Shown here in pieces: positions 29,177 through 39,633 of a stretch of DNA of 64,000 nucleotides. Numbering within the stretch: position 1 is the stretch's first letter; each line of letters starts with the position of its first letter. Position numbers and translations under genes: made by a program. The stretch lies in IMG/VR virus record IMGVR_UViG_3300011008_000002; one strand, written 5' to 3'. The DNA comes from a virus. Taxonomy: Duplodnaviria > Caudoviricetes. The notes beneath the pieces are model-generated. The model made no database searches and was not told where the DNA came from. It saw only the letters and a program-made list of their open reading frames with translations.

Positions 29177-30424
29177 TTAGGAATAGCTATTGATAAGATG
29201 GTTCATATACTGTGTTAGAATATATAATACGATAGGAACCAAATAGAAAAATGTCTCTGAGTATTCTGGCTCTTGTATCACTTTCCTAAGTTCTTCTATA
29301 TCAGTCTCTGATAAGAATTTCTCGAAGTCATTTTTCTTGAAATATCTGATGATTGTATTTTCTATCATAGATACCACAGGAGATTCTTCTACAGTTCTCA
29401 TATTATAGAGCCAGTTAAAATCCATATAATTATTTTTTGGATAACGGACATCTTTGTCTTCATATGTCTTTATCTGATATACAACCTCTTCACCCCAATA
29501 GTAGAATGGATTAGTTCTTTTTTGATCGAATGTTGCGACCTCATAAAGCAACGGTTTAATTCTATTCAAATCCCTCATTTCAAGAGCTCTGAAAACTGTT
29601 TTGTTATAATCTGCCCTGAAAGTCTCTCTTTGTTCAATTACGATCGGTTGGAGTATCTCCGAGTAATAATTTAACAAATCATGATTGATTATAAACTTTG
29701 TTAAATATGGGTCATAGATAATAAACTTCCCATCATTAAATCCCCTGAATATAAATGAATTATATTTTCTATCAAAGAATGTATCTACATAATCCGACAT
29801 AGTTTGAATTATGATTTTTTCAAGAGATTTAATTTCACCAAATGTAGATGTTTTGATAATACATCTCTCATTGGTGCCGACCCTATCAAGATCAACGATC
29901 AATTCATCAACGACTTGTTTTTCTATCTTAGTTTCATACTCAGATGAATCTATATCAACCAGATGCATTGGTACTTTATAGAACCCATTTGACCGTGCTG
30001 TAGAAATTTGTACGTTATTTACCCGAAATACGACACTTCTCCCAGAGTCGAATTTGTAAATCATATAGTCATATGTATTGGGAATTACCGTATTCGGAGG
30101 AATAACAGGTTCAATTTCCCAATTCATATCTGCTATATCAAAATCATCCAACTGCATCTCAAGACTTTGAATTTCTTTTGTAACTCCATAAACAGGGAGA
30201 TTTTCCACCCGATTATATCTAAATGGTGAATTCTCTCCAAGAAGTTCATCAACTGACTCAAGTCCAGATGTTGCAGTACTTTTTCTGTCATTGACATTAA
30301 TCCAAGTTACTAAAACGGGTTCCCCAAGACCAGTAATACTAATAGAAGAACCACTCTGAAGAATTTTGTCTAACTCATTCATTGAGTTTTTGACAAGGGT
30401 GTTAGAATTTTGAAGATATCCCAT
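29177..30424 (-). CDS. Hypothetical protein (possible virion structural protein)
   Basis: 415-aa ORF, translationally coupled to the upstream gene. Confidence 0.7.
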   Translation of the reverse strand: MGYLQNSNTLVKNSMNELDKILQSGSSISITGLGEPVLVTWINVNDRKSTATSGLESVDELLGENSPFRYNRVENLPVYGVTKEIQSLEMQLDDFDIADMNWEIEPVIPPNTVIPNTYDYMIYKFDSGRSVVFRVNNVQISTARSNGFYKVPMHLVDIDSSEYETKIEKQVVDELIVDLDRVGTNERCIIKTSTFGEIKSLEKIIIQTMSDYVDTFFDRKYNSFIFRGFNDGKFIIYDPYLTKFIINHDLLNYYSEILQPIVIEQRETFRADYNKTVFRALEMRDLNRIKPLLYEVATFDQKRTNPFYYWGEEVVYQIKTYEDKDVRYPKNNYMDFNWLYNMRTVEESPVVSMIENTIIRYFKKNDFEKFLSETDIEELRKVIQEPEYSETFFYLVPIVLYILTQYMNHLINSYS

Positions 30425-30975
30425 CAGTATCCTCCTTCCCTTGCATCAATGGAGTCAGGGTTTTGACTTAAAAACCAATCAATGAAACCCCAAAGGACTT
30501 CATATGATTGTCTCAACCCTGCTCTATCATCCAAGAATACATTATAAAAAATTTTAGTTGCGTGTTCAAATGTCTTATTCTTCTTAACACTATCACAATC
30601 TTCATTGATGTAATCACACCTGATATGTAGTTCTTCACAAGTCTGCTTTACCATCTCGATATCTTTCTCAAGAGTTCTTGCTGTAAAACAAATCATAGTG
30701 AAACCAAGCTTACTACATACTTGAAGAAGTTCGATTACTAAATCACAGGGTTTTCCTTTATCTGACGGCTTTATAGTATCATCAAAATCAAAAGCCACGA
30801 TTAAAGTACCCCATTCCTTATAATCATTGATAAGAACATCAATAAACCTCTGATTGGAAAAAACCTCATCGTATTCAGCCTGTGATACGGCTTTACGACG
30901 AGCAATAATTTCTTTAATGTCAGAGAGATTGTCCTTTTTTGATAGATAATTCATTACTGTATGTAAATTGTTCAT
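30424..30975 (-). CDS. HAD-superfamily phosphatase-like protein
   Basis: Motif I IVAFDFDDT, motif II CFTAR, motif III/IV KIFYNVFLDDR. Start MNNLH after RBS AAGGAGG. Confidence 0.7.
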   Translation of the reverse strand: MNNLHTVMNYLSKKDNLSDIKEIIARRKAVSQAEYDEVFSNQRFIDVLINDYKEWGTLIVAFDFDDTIKPSDKGKPCDLVIELLQVCSKLGFTMICFTARTLEKDIEMVKQTCEELHIRCDYINEDCDSVKKNKTFEHATKIFYNVFLDDRAGLRQSYEVLWGFIDWFLSQNPDSIDAREGGY

Positions 30976-31014
30976 ACACAAATCCCTCCTTTTAAATTTT
31001 TGTGGAAAACAGAC

Positions 31015-31154
31015 AAAAAAGAAGATGTCGGTATGGACGGACCGACATCTTCTTCCCAAACTAGCTTCTAATCAGAACCGAGCAAGTAACTCATAACCAC
31101 ATGAGGATTTTATAAGGAGGCGATTAGAAGCCACACTCGTAATCTATTTTAATT
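31015..31154 (-). ncRNA. Candidate small RNA with exposed anti-SD sequence
   Basis: TACA-N6-TA motif at 31154-31165. A 10-bp closing stem (31064-31073/31122-31131) encloses CCUCCUU. A strong terminator lies at 31015-31054. Confidence 0.4.
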
Positions 31155-31180
31155 ACCTAATTGTAGAATAGGTCTTTACT

Positions 31181-32017
31181 TCAAATATAATAGTCGGTTA
31201 CTTCATAAGCCGAATCAGCTGGTACCCAACCAAATTCATAGCTATATAAAGTATACAGTATGACTGGATTATCACCAGTGCCAAGTTTCTGTTCGTGCAT
31301 TAATGCAACATATCCAGAACTATCGCATATATATGCAGATGAGAATAACAAATCATCCCCAGTCAAATCGAGGATATAATGTCTCATGTCATCGAAATTT
31401 GTTATATTACCATCTCTAGCTCCCATGATGAGTTTGGTATTAACTTCAAACGGAAGTTTGCATTCTACCTCTAATGATATCTCCACTGCTTTTATGACAT
31501 GCTGTATCAAAGACTGGTAGAATAAATTTAGGGCTTCTTCTTTTGTACCACATATCTCCGCATTATGTAAATCCTCATCCAAAACCACTGTAGATGGGAT
31601 ATTTGTTGATACGTTTTCCCTAACATACCAAACAGTTTCCTCGTCTTCTTCCTCATCATCTAGTTGATCGTTATTGCTAACCTTGTATTTATCAAGTATA
31701 GCTTCAACTTCATCCCTACTAACTCCGTGATTATAATGGTATGATTCTTTATCTATTGAATCATCTTTGTCTTCAGTTTCATCTTTGCCGAAGTCCTCTT
31801 CAAACATTTTCAGCAGTTGTTCTACTCCCTCTAACAATTCTTCAGGAATTGTCTTTGTTTTAACCGATGATGTTTCGAGTTCTTGCTCAGCGTGTTCATC
31901 GTCATATTTATGCATAACTACCCCCATTCTGTCAAGTTCTCCCTTTGAATATCTAGCACTCTTTATATAGTAATCTGTCTCTTTCTTCAACGGGTTCAGT
32001 TCATCGTTGTTTCCCAT
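31181..32017 (-). CDS. Hypothetical acidic protein
   Basis: 278-aa ORF with RBS AAGGAG. Confidence 0.75.
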   Translation of the reverse strand: MGNNDELNPLKKETDYYIKSARYSKGELDRMGVVMHKYDDEHAEQELETSSVKTKTIPEELLEGVEQLLKMFEEDFGKDETEDKDDSIDKESYHYNHGVSRDEVEAILDKYKVSNNDQLDDEEEDEETVWYVRENVSTNIPSTVVLDEDLHNAEICGTKEEALNLFYQSLIQHVIKAVEISLEVECKLPFEVNTKLIMGARDGNITNFDDMRHYILDLTGDDLLFSSAYICDSSGYVALMHEQKLGTGDNPVILYTLYSYEFGWVPADSAYEVTDYYI

Positions 32018-32178
32018 GACAGTATTCTCCTTTTCTTTTTCATAGGTTGTATTTTCTTGCTAGTACATTCGATACAATCACATTGTACTGAATGTATATA
32101 GTCGTTAATCAGTGCTGACAGATATGGATATTGTGATATATCAATATTTGGTCTAGCTGTTGTAGTATTTCCGTCCAT
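31996..32178 (-). CDS. Small hypothetical protein
   Basis: MDGNTT start after RBS AAGGAGGTG. Contains CDCIEC. Confidence 0.55.
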   Translation of the reverse strand: MDGNTTTARPNIDISQYPYLSALINDYIHSVQCDCIECTSKKIQPMKKKRRILSWETTMN

Positions 32179-32254
32179 ATATTCACCTCCTTTGAATATA
32201 AAATAAACGGATATGAGTTTCCGTCTGTCATATCCGTTTAATATAGTATTAAAA

Positions 32255-32815
32255 TTACGTTTCACTATCCATGTGTACTCTGGAACCAGTTACTCCCTTT
32301 TGACCTTGATACTTTCCTTTGTATGGAGTATCTGCACTTGTATCTAATTTCGCAAATACTAATTGTCCAATTCTTTTACCAGCAATAAGTTTGATTGATA
32401 CATCACTAGCGTTAAATAGTTCCAAAGTGATTGTACCCTTAAAACCAGGGTCAACCCATCCTGCGTTCTGTATGAATAACCCGAGCCTCCCATATGAACT
32501 TCTTCCTTCGACGAACGCAGTTAAATTTGAAGGAAGCTCGATGTATTCTATTGTACTTCCAAGAATGAAAGAATGTGGTGGAAGTATAATTCCCTCTGCA
32601 TATTCATAAATCAAAGGTGCTGATTTTTCTACACTCATTACCTGTTCACCGTTAGACTCTATAGGTAATTTTGATTTATCAATCCTGCAAAAGTCGTTCG
32701 ATAGTCTTATATCAACACTACCTGGTTGTATTTGAATATCTTCTAGTGGCTTAATTACAAAACCACTATCTCTATTGTTTAACATATCCTTTATGGTTCG
32801 ATCTGATAATATCAT
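32255..32815 (-). CDS. dcd: dCTP deaminase
   Basis: MILSDR, IQPGSVDIRL, EGRSSYGRLGL, AGWVDPGFKGTITLEL, RIGQLVF, PYKGKYQGQ. Confidence 0.92.
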   Translation of the reverse strand: MILSDRTIKDMLNNRDSGFVIKPLEDIQIQPGSVDIRLSNDFCRIDKSKLPIESNGEQVMSVEKSAPLIYEYAEGIILPPHSFILGSTIEYIELPSNLTAFVEGRSSYGRLGLFIQNAGWVDPGFKGTITLELFNASDVSIKLIAGKRIGQLVFAKLDTSADTPYKGKYQGQKGVTGSRVHMDSET

Positions 32816-33045
32816 TTTTTAGCTTTCTCCTCTCTTAATATTTTTGATACTTCTCTTCCAAGTTCAACCTCAACATCACGAGATACTATTTCACCTAGTC
32901 TTTGGATGAATACCCACTTGATATAACTTATACTTGGATTATCTTGTAATTTACCAGTATGATATATACCTCCTTTATATAGGCTATCAATGATATCTCT
33001 GAGTAACTTTATTTCCTCTGTATGAGGAAATGTTGAAGTTCCCAT
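32812..33045 (-). CDS. Hypothetical protein
   Basis: 77-aa ORF with RBS GGAGG, overlapping the dcd start. Confidence 0.65.
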   Translation of the reverse strand: MGTSTFPHTEEIKLLRDIIDSLYKGGIYHTGKLQDNPSISYIKWVFIQRLGEIVSRDVEVELGREVSKILREEKAKK

Positions 33046-33060
33046 ATTACTTACCTCCGA

Positions 33061-34098
33061 TTAGTAAGTTTCACGTTCTATTTGATATTGGTCTTTTGGG
33101 ACACCAAAATCTTTCCCTATGACATTTCTGTATACTGTAAAGTTTCTAGTGTATATCTTTAGGTCATTCTTTAATTCCGTATAATTGACAACACTATCTG
33201 AGTCTCTATAAATGTCTATATAGATATTCGAACCAACAATTCCTTTGTTAAGATAATACAAAATCGGTGTTAAGAATAACCCATGATTTACACTTAAAAA
33301 TATACAGTCGGGAACTATTTTCCCGTACATATTGTATACAACCGATAGAATATCAAATGGTCCTTCCGTTGCTATAATGTGAATAGGGTTTTGTGAAATT
33401 ACATTTACTTGGTTAGAGATACCATAAAACGAATGGATATTACTATCAACCAACTTATCAATTTTATATTTGACATATCGTTCTTTATGGTTTCCAGTTA
33501 TATCTCGGAAAATGATATATTCGTTATCCACCGATAACCAACCTAGATAGTCATTCTCTAGTTTATTCGCAATGTATTCATACTTCGGATTAAGACCAAG
33601 TTGGTTAGTTACTAAGAATTCTTGTAAGCTAAAAATCAGTTTCAATTTCTGATAATCCTCTAATGGTATAGTAACCCCTATACGTTTATTCATATACTGA
33701 ATTTTTCTTACTGTATTCATTTGTTTTCTAGGTGGGGGAATAATAACTTGTCTTACTTTACTCCCCTTATATTTATTCACCCTTAATCCCTTATCAGACC
33801 TTCTAGCGGTTTTATTAATTCTTCTTAGTAGCTCCATTTCTAATTCGTTTTCACCGCCAAGTATTGCTGCTAACATATCCGTTGTTAGTATACCACTTTC
33901 ACCGCAGTTAAAACAAATGAACATCACTGGTTCAGTTGGGTTATGTGGGTCACACTTTATGTTAAGTCTCATTTTATGAGGATCTTTTTTGGAGTCCCCG
34001 CATAGTATGCATCTAGTTCTAATTCTACCATCACCAACATCATGGCATCCTCTATGATTTCTTAGTATACTAAACAATTCTTCTTTATCAGAATCCAT
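33061..34098 (-). CDS. DNA primase (DnaG/T4 gp61-like, Zn finger + TOPRIM)
   Basis: RCILCGDS...CFNCG zinc finger. TOPRIM motifs IATEGPFD, YRDSD and KDFG. Confidence 0.85.
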   Translation of the reverse strand: MDSDKEELFSILRNHRGCHDVGDGRIRTRCILCGDSKKDPHKMRLNIKCDPHNPTEPVMFICFNCGESGILTTDMLAAILGGENELEMELLRRINKTARRSDKGLRVNKYKGSKVRQVIIPPPRKQMNTVRKIQYMNKRIGVTIPLEDYQKLKLIFSLQEFLVTNQLGLNPKYEYIANKLENDYLGWLSVDNEYIIFRDITGNHKERYVKYKIDKLVDSNIHSFYGISNQVNVISQNPIHIIATEGPFDILSVVYNMYGKIVPDCIFLSVNHGLFLTPILYYLNKGIVGSNIYIDIYRDSDSVVNYTELKNDLKIYTRNFTVYRNVIGKDFGVPKDQYQIERETY

Positions 34099-34189
34099 TG
34101 ACTATACCTCCTTTTTTATTGTAAAGTTACAAGGCTTATGAAAAAACATAGACCTTGGGAGTTTTGTGAATTCTCCCAAGGTCGATTTA

Positions 34190-35887
34190 TTAAATCTCGT
34201 CGATGAAGTTTAATAACTCATCTGAAATAATGTCCTCGTTAAAAACAATCACTTCTCCAGTCAACTCAGGTTGATTATATTCGACAAATGTATAGTTATT
34301 ATTCAACACCCGTGAGATTATTTTAAGTATCGGATCATCCTTAAACCCTTCGATCATGATCATATACTTATCTTCAACAAGGTGCGTATAGGTCGAAGCT
34401 GTCTTGAGTTTATTTATGAATTTGCTATTCTGAAGAAGCCTATTGCTAAGCTTTCCTTTGAGGATGGATGAAATGAACCACTGTAATTCCTTATATCCCT
34501 TCGAACTGAGTTCTCTCTTTGCAATGATTACGAACTTAATGACCTGCCTAATAGTGGCTGACTTCAGTTCAGTAAAACCACCAAACTCTTTCGCGAAATT
34601 GTAGTTCAAGAGATCATTATGGAATTTATCCATGTTAAATAAATACTTCGTATAAAATGCAATCTCATCCTCAGAAATTGAACCATATTTTTTCTCTAAT
34701 CGTGCAATGACATCCTTCAATGCCTTATAAGATCTTACTGTAGCTGTCTCATCGACTTTCATCTGTGTCTGGTTCAACTTATCAATTCCTGATAATCCGT
34801 CTGGTCCTTTTTCAGATGTTACCCTGACAGGATTATAGTTATATGATACTTCTTGAACCGTAAATGTCAACTGTGTCTCAATAATTGCCTTCAAGAATGC
34901 AGATAATGAATTGTTGAACTGGAACTTGAAGAAGTTATCACTCAATAAGAACTTTATTAAAAGCCTATCAAGCTGAGATGCTTCTGTAGTTCCTCTCAAT
35001 GCCCCCTGCTGTTCCCAAATTACACCATGAGCTTTACAGTGTTTCTTCACTTTCTTCTCTGTGAAGATATATAGTTTCTCTTGAATTTCATCTGCTTCAT
35101 ACTCATCGTTTTGATCACCGACCAAATAAAACATATCAACGAAGAATTCCAAAGTGATCTTATTGATGAGAGGATCTTTGTCTGCATAAATCGTATTTGT
35201 TGCAATATAATGCTCAATCGGAGGAATGATAATCTTAAGCATCATACTTATAGCAGATAATCGCTTAATATCATCATTCGTAAAGTCATCAGGACTGTTG
35301 AACATCCTGCCAGTCTTTCTGTCAATCGTTGCATCAATATAGTGGTTATCTTCCACCATACGATAGATATTCTGTTTGATATTGTAGTCCTTGAAGATTT
35401 TTCCCATCAGATGCTTCTTAAACTCGATGATGGTAAGACTATTCGTTCCGTTGTCGATAATCTTCTTCATATACATATAAAGACTCATCAGCTCTTTCTC
35501 AGGATCATAGAACTCTGAGAAATAACTTAGATACTGACACAAAATCGGCAACTTATTTTGGAACGCTTTTCTCCCTATCTCGAATGTCTCTGAATCTCTC
35601 CTCTCCTCTTCAGAACTAAACAAACCCTTCTTTGTAGAGTTTGGTAATGCCTTATTGAAGTTAATCCTGATATTCGGAAGTTCACCTAATACCCAAATAT
35701 CATCCTTAGATTTCGCTAACGTCGATAAATCCATAGACTTAAAGTATACGATATCCTTGTCTTTATCTTCGTCTTTATTCTTGTCCTTGCTGTTCTTCAT
35801 AATAGCTTCAGCTAATAGAGCATCGTACATCTCTTGAGTGAAGCAACCTGCCCACTCATCAATCCGAACAAAGTCTTTTGTTGCCAT
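34190..35887 (-). CDS. Probable promoter-specificity (sigma-like) subunit of non-virion RNAP, AR9 gp226/phiKZ gp68-like
   Basis: ~565-aa helical protein two genes downstream of the chaperonin, matching the recalled AR9 order gp228 (chaperonin)-gp227-gp226. No diagnostic motif verified. Confidence 0.5.
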   Translation of the reverse strand: MATKDFVRIDEWAGCFTQEMYDALLAEAIMKNSKDKNKDEDKDKDIVYFKSMDLSTLAKSKDDIWVLGELPNIRINFNKALPNSTKKGLFSSEEERRDSETFEIGRKAFQNKLPILCQYLSYFSEFYDPEKELMSLYMYMKKIIDNGTNSLTIIEFKKHLMGKIFKDYNIKQNIYRMVEDNHYIDATIDRKTGRMFNSPDDFTNDDIKRLSAISMMLKIIIPPIEHYIATNTIYADKDPLINKITLEFFVDMFYLVGDQNDEYEADEIQEKLYIFTEKKVKKHCKAHGVIWEQQGALRGTTEASQLDRLLIKFLLSDNFFKFQFNNSLSAFLKAIIETQLTFTVQEVSYNYNPVRVTSEKGPDGLSGIDKLNQTQMKVDETATVRSYKALKDVIARLEKKYGSISEDEIAFYTKYLFNMDKFHNDLLNYNFAKEFGGFTELKSATIRQVIKFVIIAKRELSSKGYKELQWFISSILKGKLSNRLLQNSKFINKLKTASTYTHLVEDKYMIMIEGFKDDPILKIISRVLNNNYTFVEYNQPELTGEVIVFNEDIISDELLNFIDEI

Positions 35888-35944
35888 TTCCAAGTTCCCT
35901 CCTTCTGTGACTTTCATGTATTAAATATATAATTCAAAGTATAT

Positions 35945-36745
35945 CTACTTCTTCTTTACAGTTCCCCTCCTCTTTTGAATTGGAGTCTTTTTATGAGCAG
36001 CAGCGTCAACCGTATTCAATATCTTAGACCTTGAAGAAACAACCCTGATGGATGATTTATTTCCAGTAGCGGATGTACTCTGGAATTTTGGTTTACGTTC
36101 TTTATCAGTGGATTTCTTTTCTTTTTTCTTCAATTTGTCTTCTGCTATCCTATACTCATCCATGATTTTATCTAAAGTTCGTATATGAGAAAAAATATAC
36201 TTCTCGTCATACGGTTTCGCAATCATTTCAAGAGTAACACGGTTCATTTTTTTAGATTCCAAAATGTATCTTGCTGCAAAGTAGATGTACTTATCATACA
36301 TAATATTTTGATTTCTATTCCTTACATCTGGGGAGTCAGATAAAATCCTTCTCCCCAGCTTGTTCTCTAGGAAAGGAATCATAAGTCCTGCATTCTTGTA
36401 GACATATGCATATGTATACGCGAATGATGGTGTATTGGCGAATACCTGAAAGTCATATTTATTGATGGATAAATCCATCTTATGAGTTTTATCCTTATCG
36501 TAAAACTTGAAGACGACATCGTAAGTATTATCTCGTTTTGTTTCTGTTGGCATTACCAACCAGAAATAGTACTCGTCACTAGCCGCATTTCTATATACCT
36601 TCATTTCCACGGCTTTCTTTTTTCCAAGGGACCCATTGGTATATGTATCGTATTTACCTCGCAAAGCCCCAAGTATCAAAGTTTTATTAGGGATGGATGC
36701 ATCCCCTTTACCGATTGGATTTTCCAGGAATTGCGCCAGATACAT
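35945..36745 (-). CDS. Hypothetical protein with basic C-terminus
   Basis: 266-aa ORF between the chaperonin and the putative specificity subunit. Confidence 0.75.
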   Translation of the reverse strand: MYLAQFLENPIGKGDASIPNKTLILGALRGKYDTYTNGSLGKKKAVEMKVYRNAASDEYYFWLVMPTETKRDNTYDVVFKFYDKDKTHKMDLSINKYDFQVFANTPSFAYTYAYVYKNAGLMIPFLENKLGRRILSDSPDVRNRNQNIMYDKYIYFAARYILESKKMNRVTLEMIAKPYDEKYIFSHIRTLDKIMDEYRIAEDKLKKKEKKSTDKERKPKFQSTSATGNKSSIRVVSSRSKILNTVDAAAHKKTPIQKRRGTVKKK

Positions 36746-36746
36746 T

Positions 36747-38747
36747 TTACTTCACCTCTCTTAATCCCTCTAGCTCCTTTTCTGCTCCTTCATAACTTGA
36801 GAAAAGCAACTGGTTCACTGTCGTTGTAGTAAGTACCAAATTCAGTACCCCCTTAATAATTTCTGTTTCAACTGTTACAGGATGGATGATCGAATCATCG
36901 AATTTCTCCGTAATCAAATTCCAAGGACACTGCCTCTCAAGAATTTCATCCACCAGACTTTCGATTGAAACCTCAGAATCGAGATTATCAACCATTGCCT
37001 TTTTGATACTCTCATAATGTTGGTATGTTTCAATACGTTGCGCTTCTTGTTCTATAAGAGTATTCTTGATGTCATCTGTCATATTAGTAATATCAACAAA
37101 ATCGCTTGGATACCTGTTCCTAACCATGATAGCAATAGTATTATAAAATCCTACATAGAAGATACGTAAGATATCCATAACCAACTGATTATCCATACCT
37201 TTTTCTTCTTCAGGATTCCAATTCCCGTTATCCATCATAGTTTTCAGATTTTCACATGCAAGAGGAATTGCGATTCCTCCACCGTAAGTGACACCACCAA
37301 TGTAAGCTTTTTCGCAGGCTTTAATGGCATCATCAAGGGCATCCTTTTTCGCTCTTAATTGACCTTCACCAAATCCACCAACATTGATAATGCCCATTTT
37401 AAGCTTAAGCTTACCAAGACGGATAGTCTTAAGACCAACTTCTTCATTCACCATACTCTTGGCATTCATATCCTTGGCAAGCTTGTCAATCTCAGCCTGA
37501 ATTGTATTGATCCTGTTCTGTAAAGCATCGGACTGCTCAATGTCACCAAACCCAGACACCACGATGTTCTTATCGGTAACACTAATGGTATCGCATACGC
37601 CGAGGTATCCATCAGCCATTTTCTTTGTAAATAGCTCCATGTTCTCCCTGACATTATCACGATATGTCTTCATATCATCCTGATAAGCTTCGTCATTATC
37701 ATAGGTTTTAACATTCGGCACGGGCTGTTTCATAGCCTCAACAAACTCCCGTAGAATTTCTTCTACCTCGTTGTTTTCTCGTGCATTGATGATTGCTCCA
37801 GTAAGGAAACTGAAATCAATCAACATTTCTCTTTCGATGTTGAACTCTGCATTGTACCGAACCATAACCAGATTAGGGAGTGGTACATTCATCTTACTTG
37901 ATTTGATACAAGTCTGATTATATGCATCACGGAAATCCTTCTCAAAGTTCGGAGCCAATACGAATAACTCTCTGTTGAGAACAGTTCCTATGGCAGATGC
38001 AGCCATCATCAACGGCTCGAACATTCCAGCATTCATTGTATACGAGAAAATCATAATCGCCGGTCTGTCTGAAGTATATTTCTTCTCCCCAAGGTTATTC
38101 ACCTTGAACTCGCTGATCAACTTCGCACTCATATCATAACCGTCGCGGATTTCAATGAAACTGGACTCTGTACCAGAATCTTGTACCTTGATAATTGGAT
38201 TTCTTGTTTCTTTGTATATATCCCTGATAAAACCGGCAGCTTCCTTATCCCAGTCCAAAGATACAAGGGCAATCTGATAAATAGTTTCCTCCAGATTTTC
38301 ATCCGTAATCTTCCAAGACGAGTTGCGAAGTTCTTCACAAATCTTCTCTACGCAGTACTCGATTGTATTGGACAAAAACTTCGAGTGAATATGATGGGTC
38401 TTCTTGTAATCCATCAATAACTGATGTATTTCGTTTGCTGCAATAAGACCAGTTGATGTACCATCGCCTGCCTTCATATTGATAGCGGTGGAAACATCAA
38501 TAATCATCTTCCTGACAACCGCAGCAAGTACGCTCTTTTGATAAATGATTGACTGTTCAACCGACCAGCCATCCTTCGTTGTAAGGAGTCGTCCACCCTC
38601 CTGATAAGCTGTATTCTCACCAAACGGACCATATGTCCTTGAGACATATTTAGCCATCTGAGAAAATACTGTATCAAACAAAGTTCTCAGTTCTTCTCCA
38701 TCTACCACATTAGGTTGCAGTGAAGATGGGTAATCCTTTTCAAACAT
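36747..38747 (-). CDS. groEL: GroEL-like phage chaperonin
   Basis: TYGPFG, TTKDGWSV, AGDGTST, IINVGG, DDAIKAC and GGG motifs. AACA-N6-TA at 38773-38784. Confidence 0.9.
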   Translation of the reverse strand: MFEKDYPSSLQPNVVDGEELRTLFDTVFSQMAKYVSRTYGPFGENTAYQEGGRLLTTKDGWSVEQSIIYQKSVLAAVVRKMIIDVSTAINMKAGDGTSTGLIAANEIHQLLMDYKKTHHIHSKFLSNTIEYCVEKICEELRNSSWKITDENLEETIYQIALVSLDWDKEAAGFIRDIYKETRNPIIKVQDSGTESSFIEIRDGYDMSAKLISEFKVNNLGEKKYTSDRPAIMIFSYTMNAGMFEPLMMAASAIGTVLNRELFVLAPNFEKDFRDAYNQTCIKSSKMNVPLPNLVMVRYNAEFNIEREMLIDFSFLTGAIINARENNEVEEILREFVEAMKQPVPNVKTYDNDEAYQDDMKTYRDNVRENMELFTKKMADGYLGVCDTISVTDKNIVVSGFGDIEQSDALQNRINTIQAEIDKLAKDMNAKSMVNEEVGLKTIRLGKLKLKMGIINVGGFGEGQLRAKKDALDDAIKACEKAYIGGVTYGGGIAIPLACENLKTMMDNGNWNPEEEKGMDNQLVMDILRIFYVGFYNTIAIMVRNRYPSDFVDITNMTDDIKNTLIEQEAQRIETYQHYESIKKAMVDNLDSEVSIESLVDEILERQCPWNLITEKFDDSIIHPVTVETEIIKGVLNLVLTTTTVNQLLFSSYEGAEKELEGLREVK

Positions 38748-38805
38748 GGTTAATTTCCTCCTTCATTTTAGTTATTCTCTTGTTAGATAGGTATTGTAAA
38801 ATTAG

Positions 38806-39576
38806 CTAAACCGGAACACTTAATGAGTTAATAGAAAGATTATATTTCTCTCTATAATTGCTATTTGGTTCCTCTAATCTTAGTCGTCTGTAAGTTACCT
38901 GCTCATAAAACTTTTCTAGCTTGGTTCTATCCACCATCATATTGAACTCATAAGCCGGAACGATAACCTCAATCAATGATTGATGAGGATTTCTTAGATA
39001 TTTATCAACATCGCTTATGTTTTCAAACGTATAAGCATCTGCTCTGAATTCTTTAGCGTCAGCTTTCTTTTCTCCTATATAAATATTAATCTTGTTTAAT
39101 CCATACCCTCTAAACGACTCATTCAAACTTTTCATTATGAAATCAGTTTGAAATGGTAACCATAAGGTAATAGATAATACGTTTCTATCGTTTGATAGTA
39201 TCTTTATCGTATTAGCAAATCCTGTAGACTGAATGAATTGGTCACAAGTAGGATTTTCTAATATATCTCTATATAAAAATCCTAAGTACTGGTCCATGGC
39301 ATCCTTAGAATTTGATTCCAAGAATTTTTCTTCATCAATCCAATCATATAAGATATTTTGATGAGTTTTAGAAGCAAATAATATTGTCAAATAAGTATCA
39401 TTGGATGGAGTATCTTCTACATCAGGAAGATTTTCCTCAAAATAATACTTAATGCAGTCATCAGTGTTTATTCTCGTCTTTATTTCATGATAAAAAAATA
39501 AATCAATACAGAGCATAACGTTGAATACGTCTATAAAGAAATTAGAGCGTTTATATAACACAGTTTGTTTCATCAT
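38806..39576 (-). CDS. Hypothetical protein
   Basis: Start MMKQT after RBS AAGGAGG. Confidence 0.7.
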   Translation of the reverse strand: MMKQTVLYKRSNFFIDVFNVMLCIDLFFYHEIKTRINTDDCIKYYFEENLPDVEDTPSNDTYLTILFASKTHQNILYDWIDEEKFLESNSKDAMDQYLGFLYRDILENPTCDQFIQSTGFANTIKILSNDRNVLSITLWLPFQTDFIMKSLNESFRGYGLNKINIYIGEKKADAKEFRADAYTFENISDVDKYLRNPHQSLIEVIVPAYEFNMMVDRTKLEKFYEQVTYRRLRLEEPNSNYREKYNLSINSLSVPV

Positions 39577-39633
39577 AATGAAACCTCCTTTGGGAAGAAG
39601 GTGGTGGTTAATATTAACCACCACCGCTCATAT

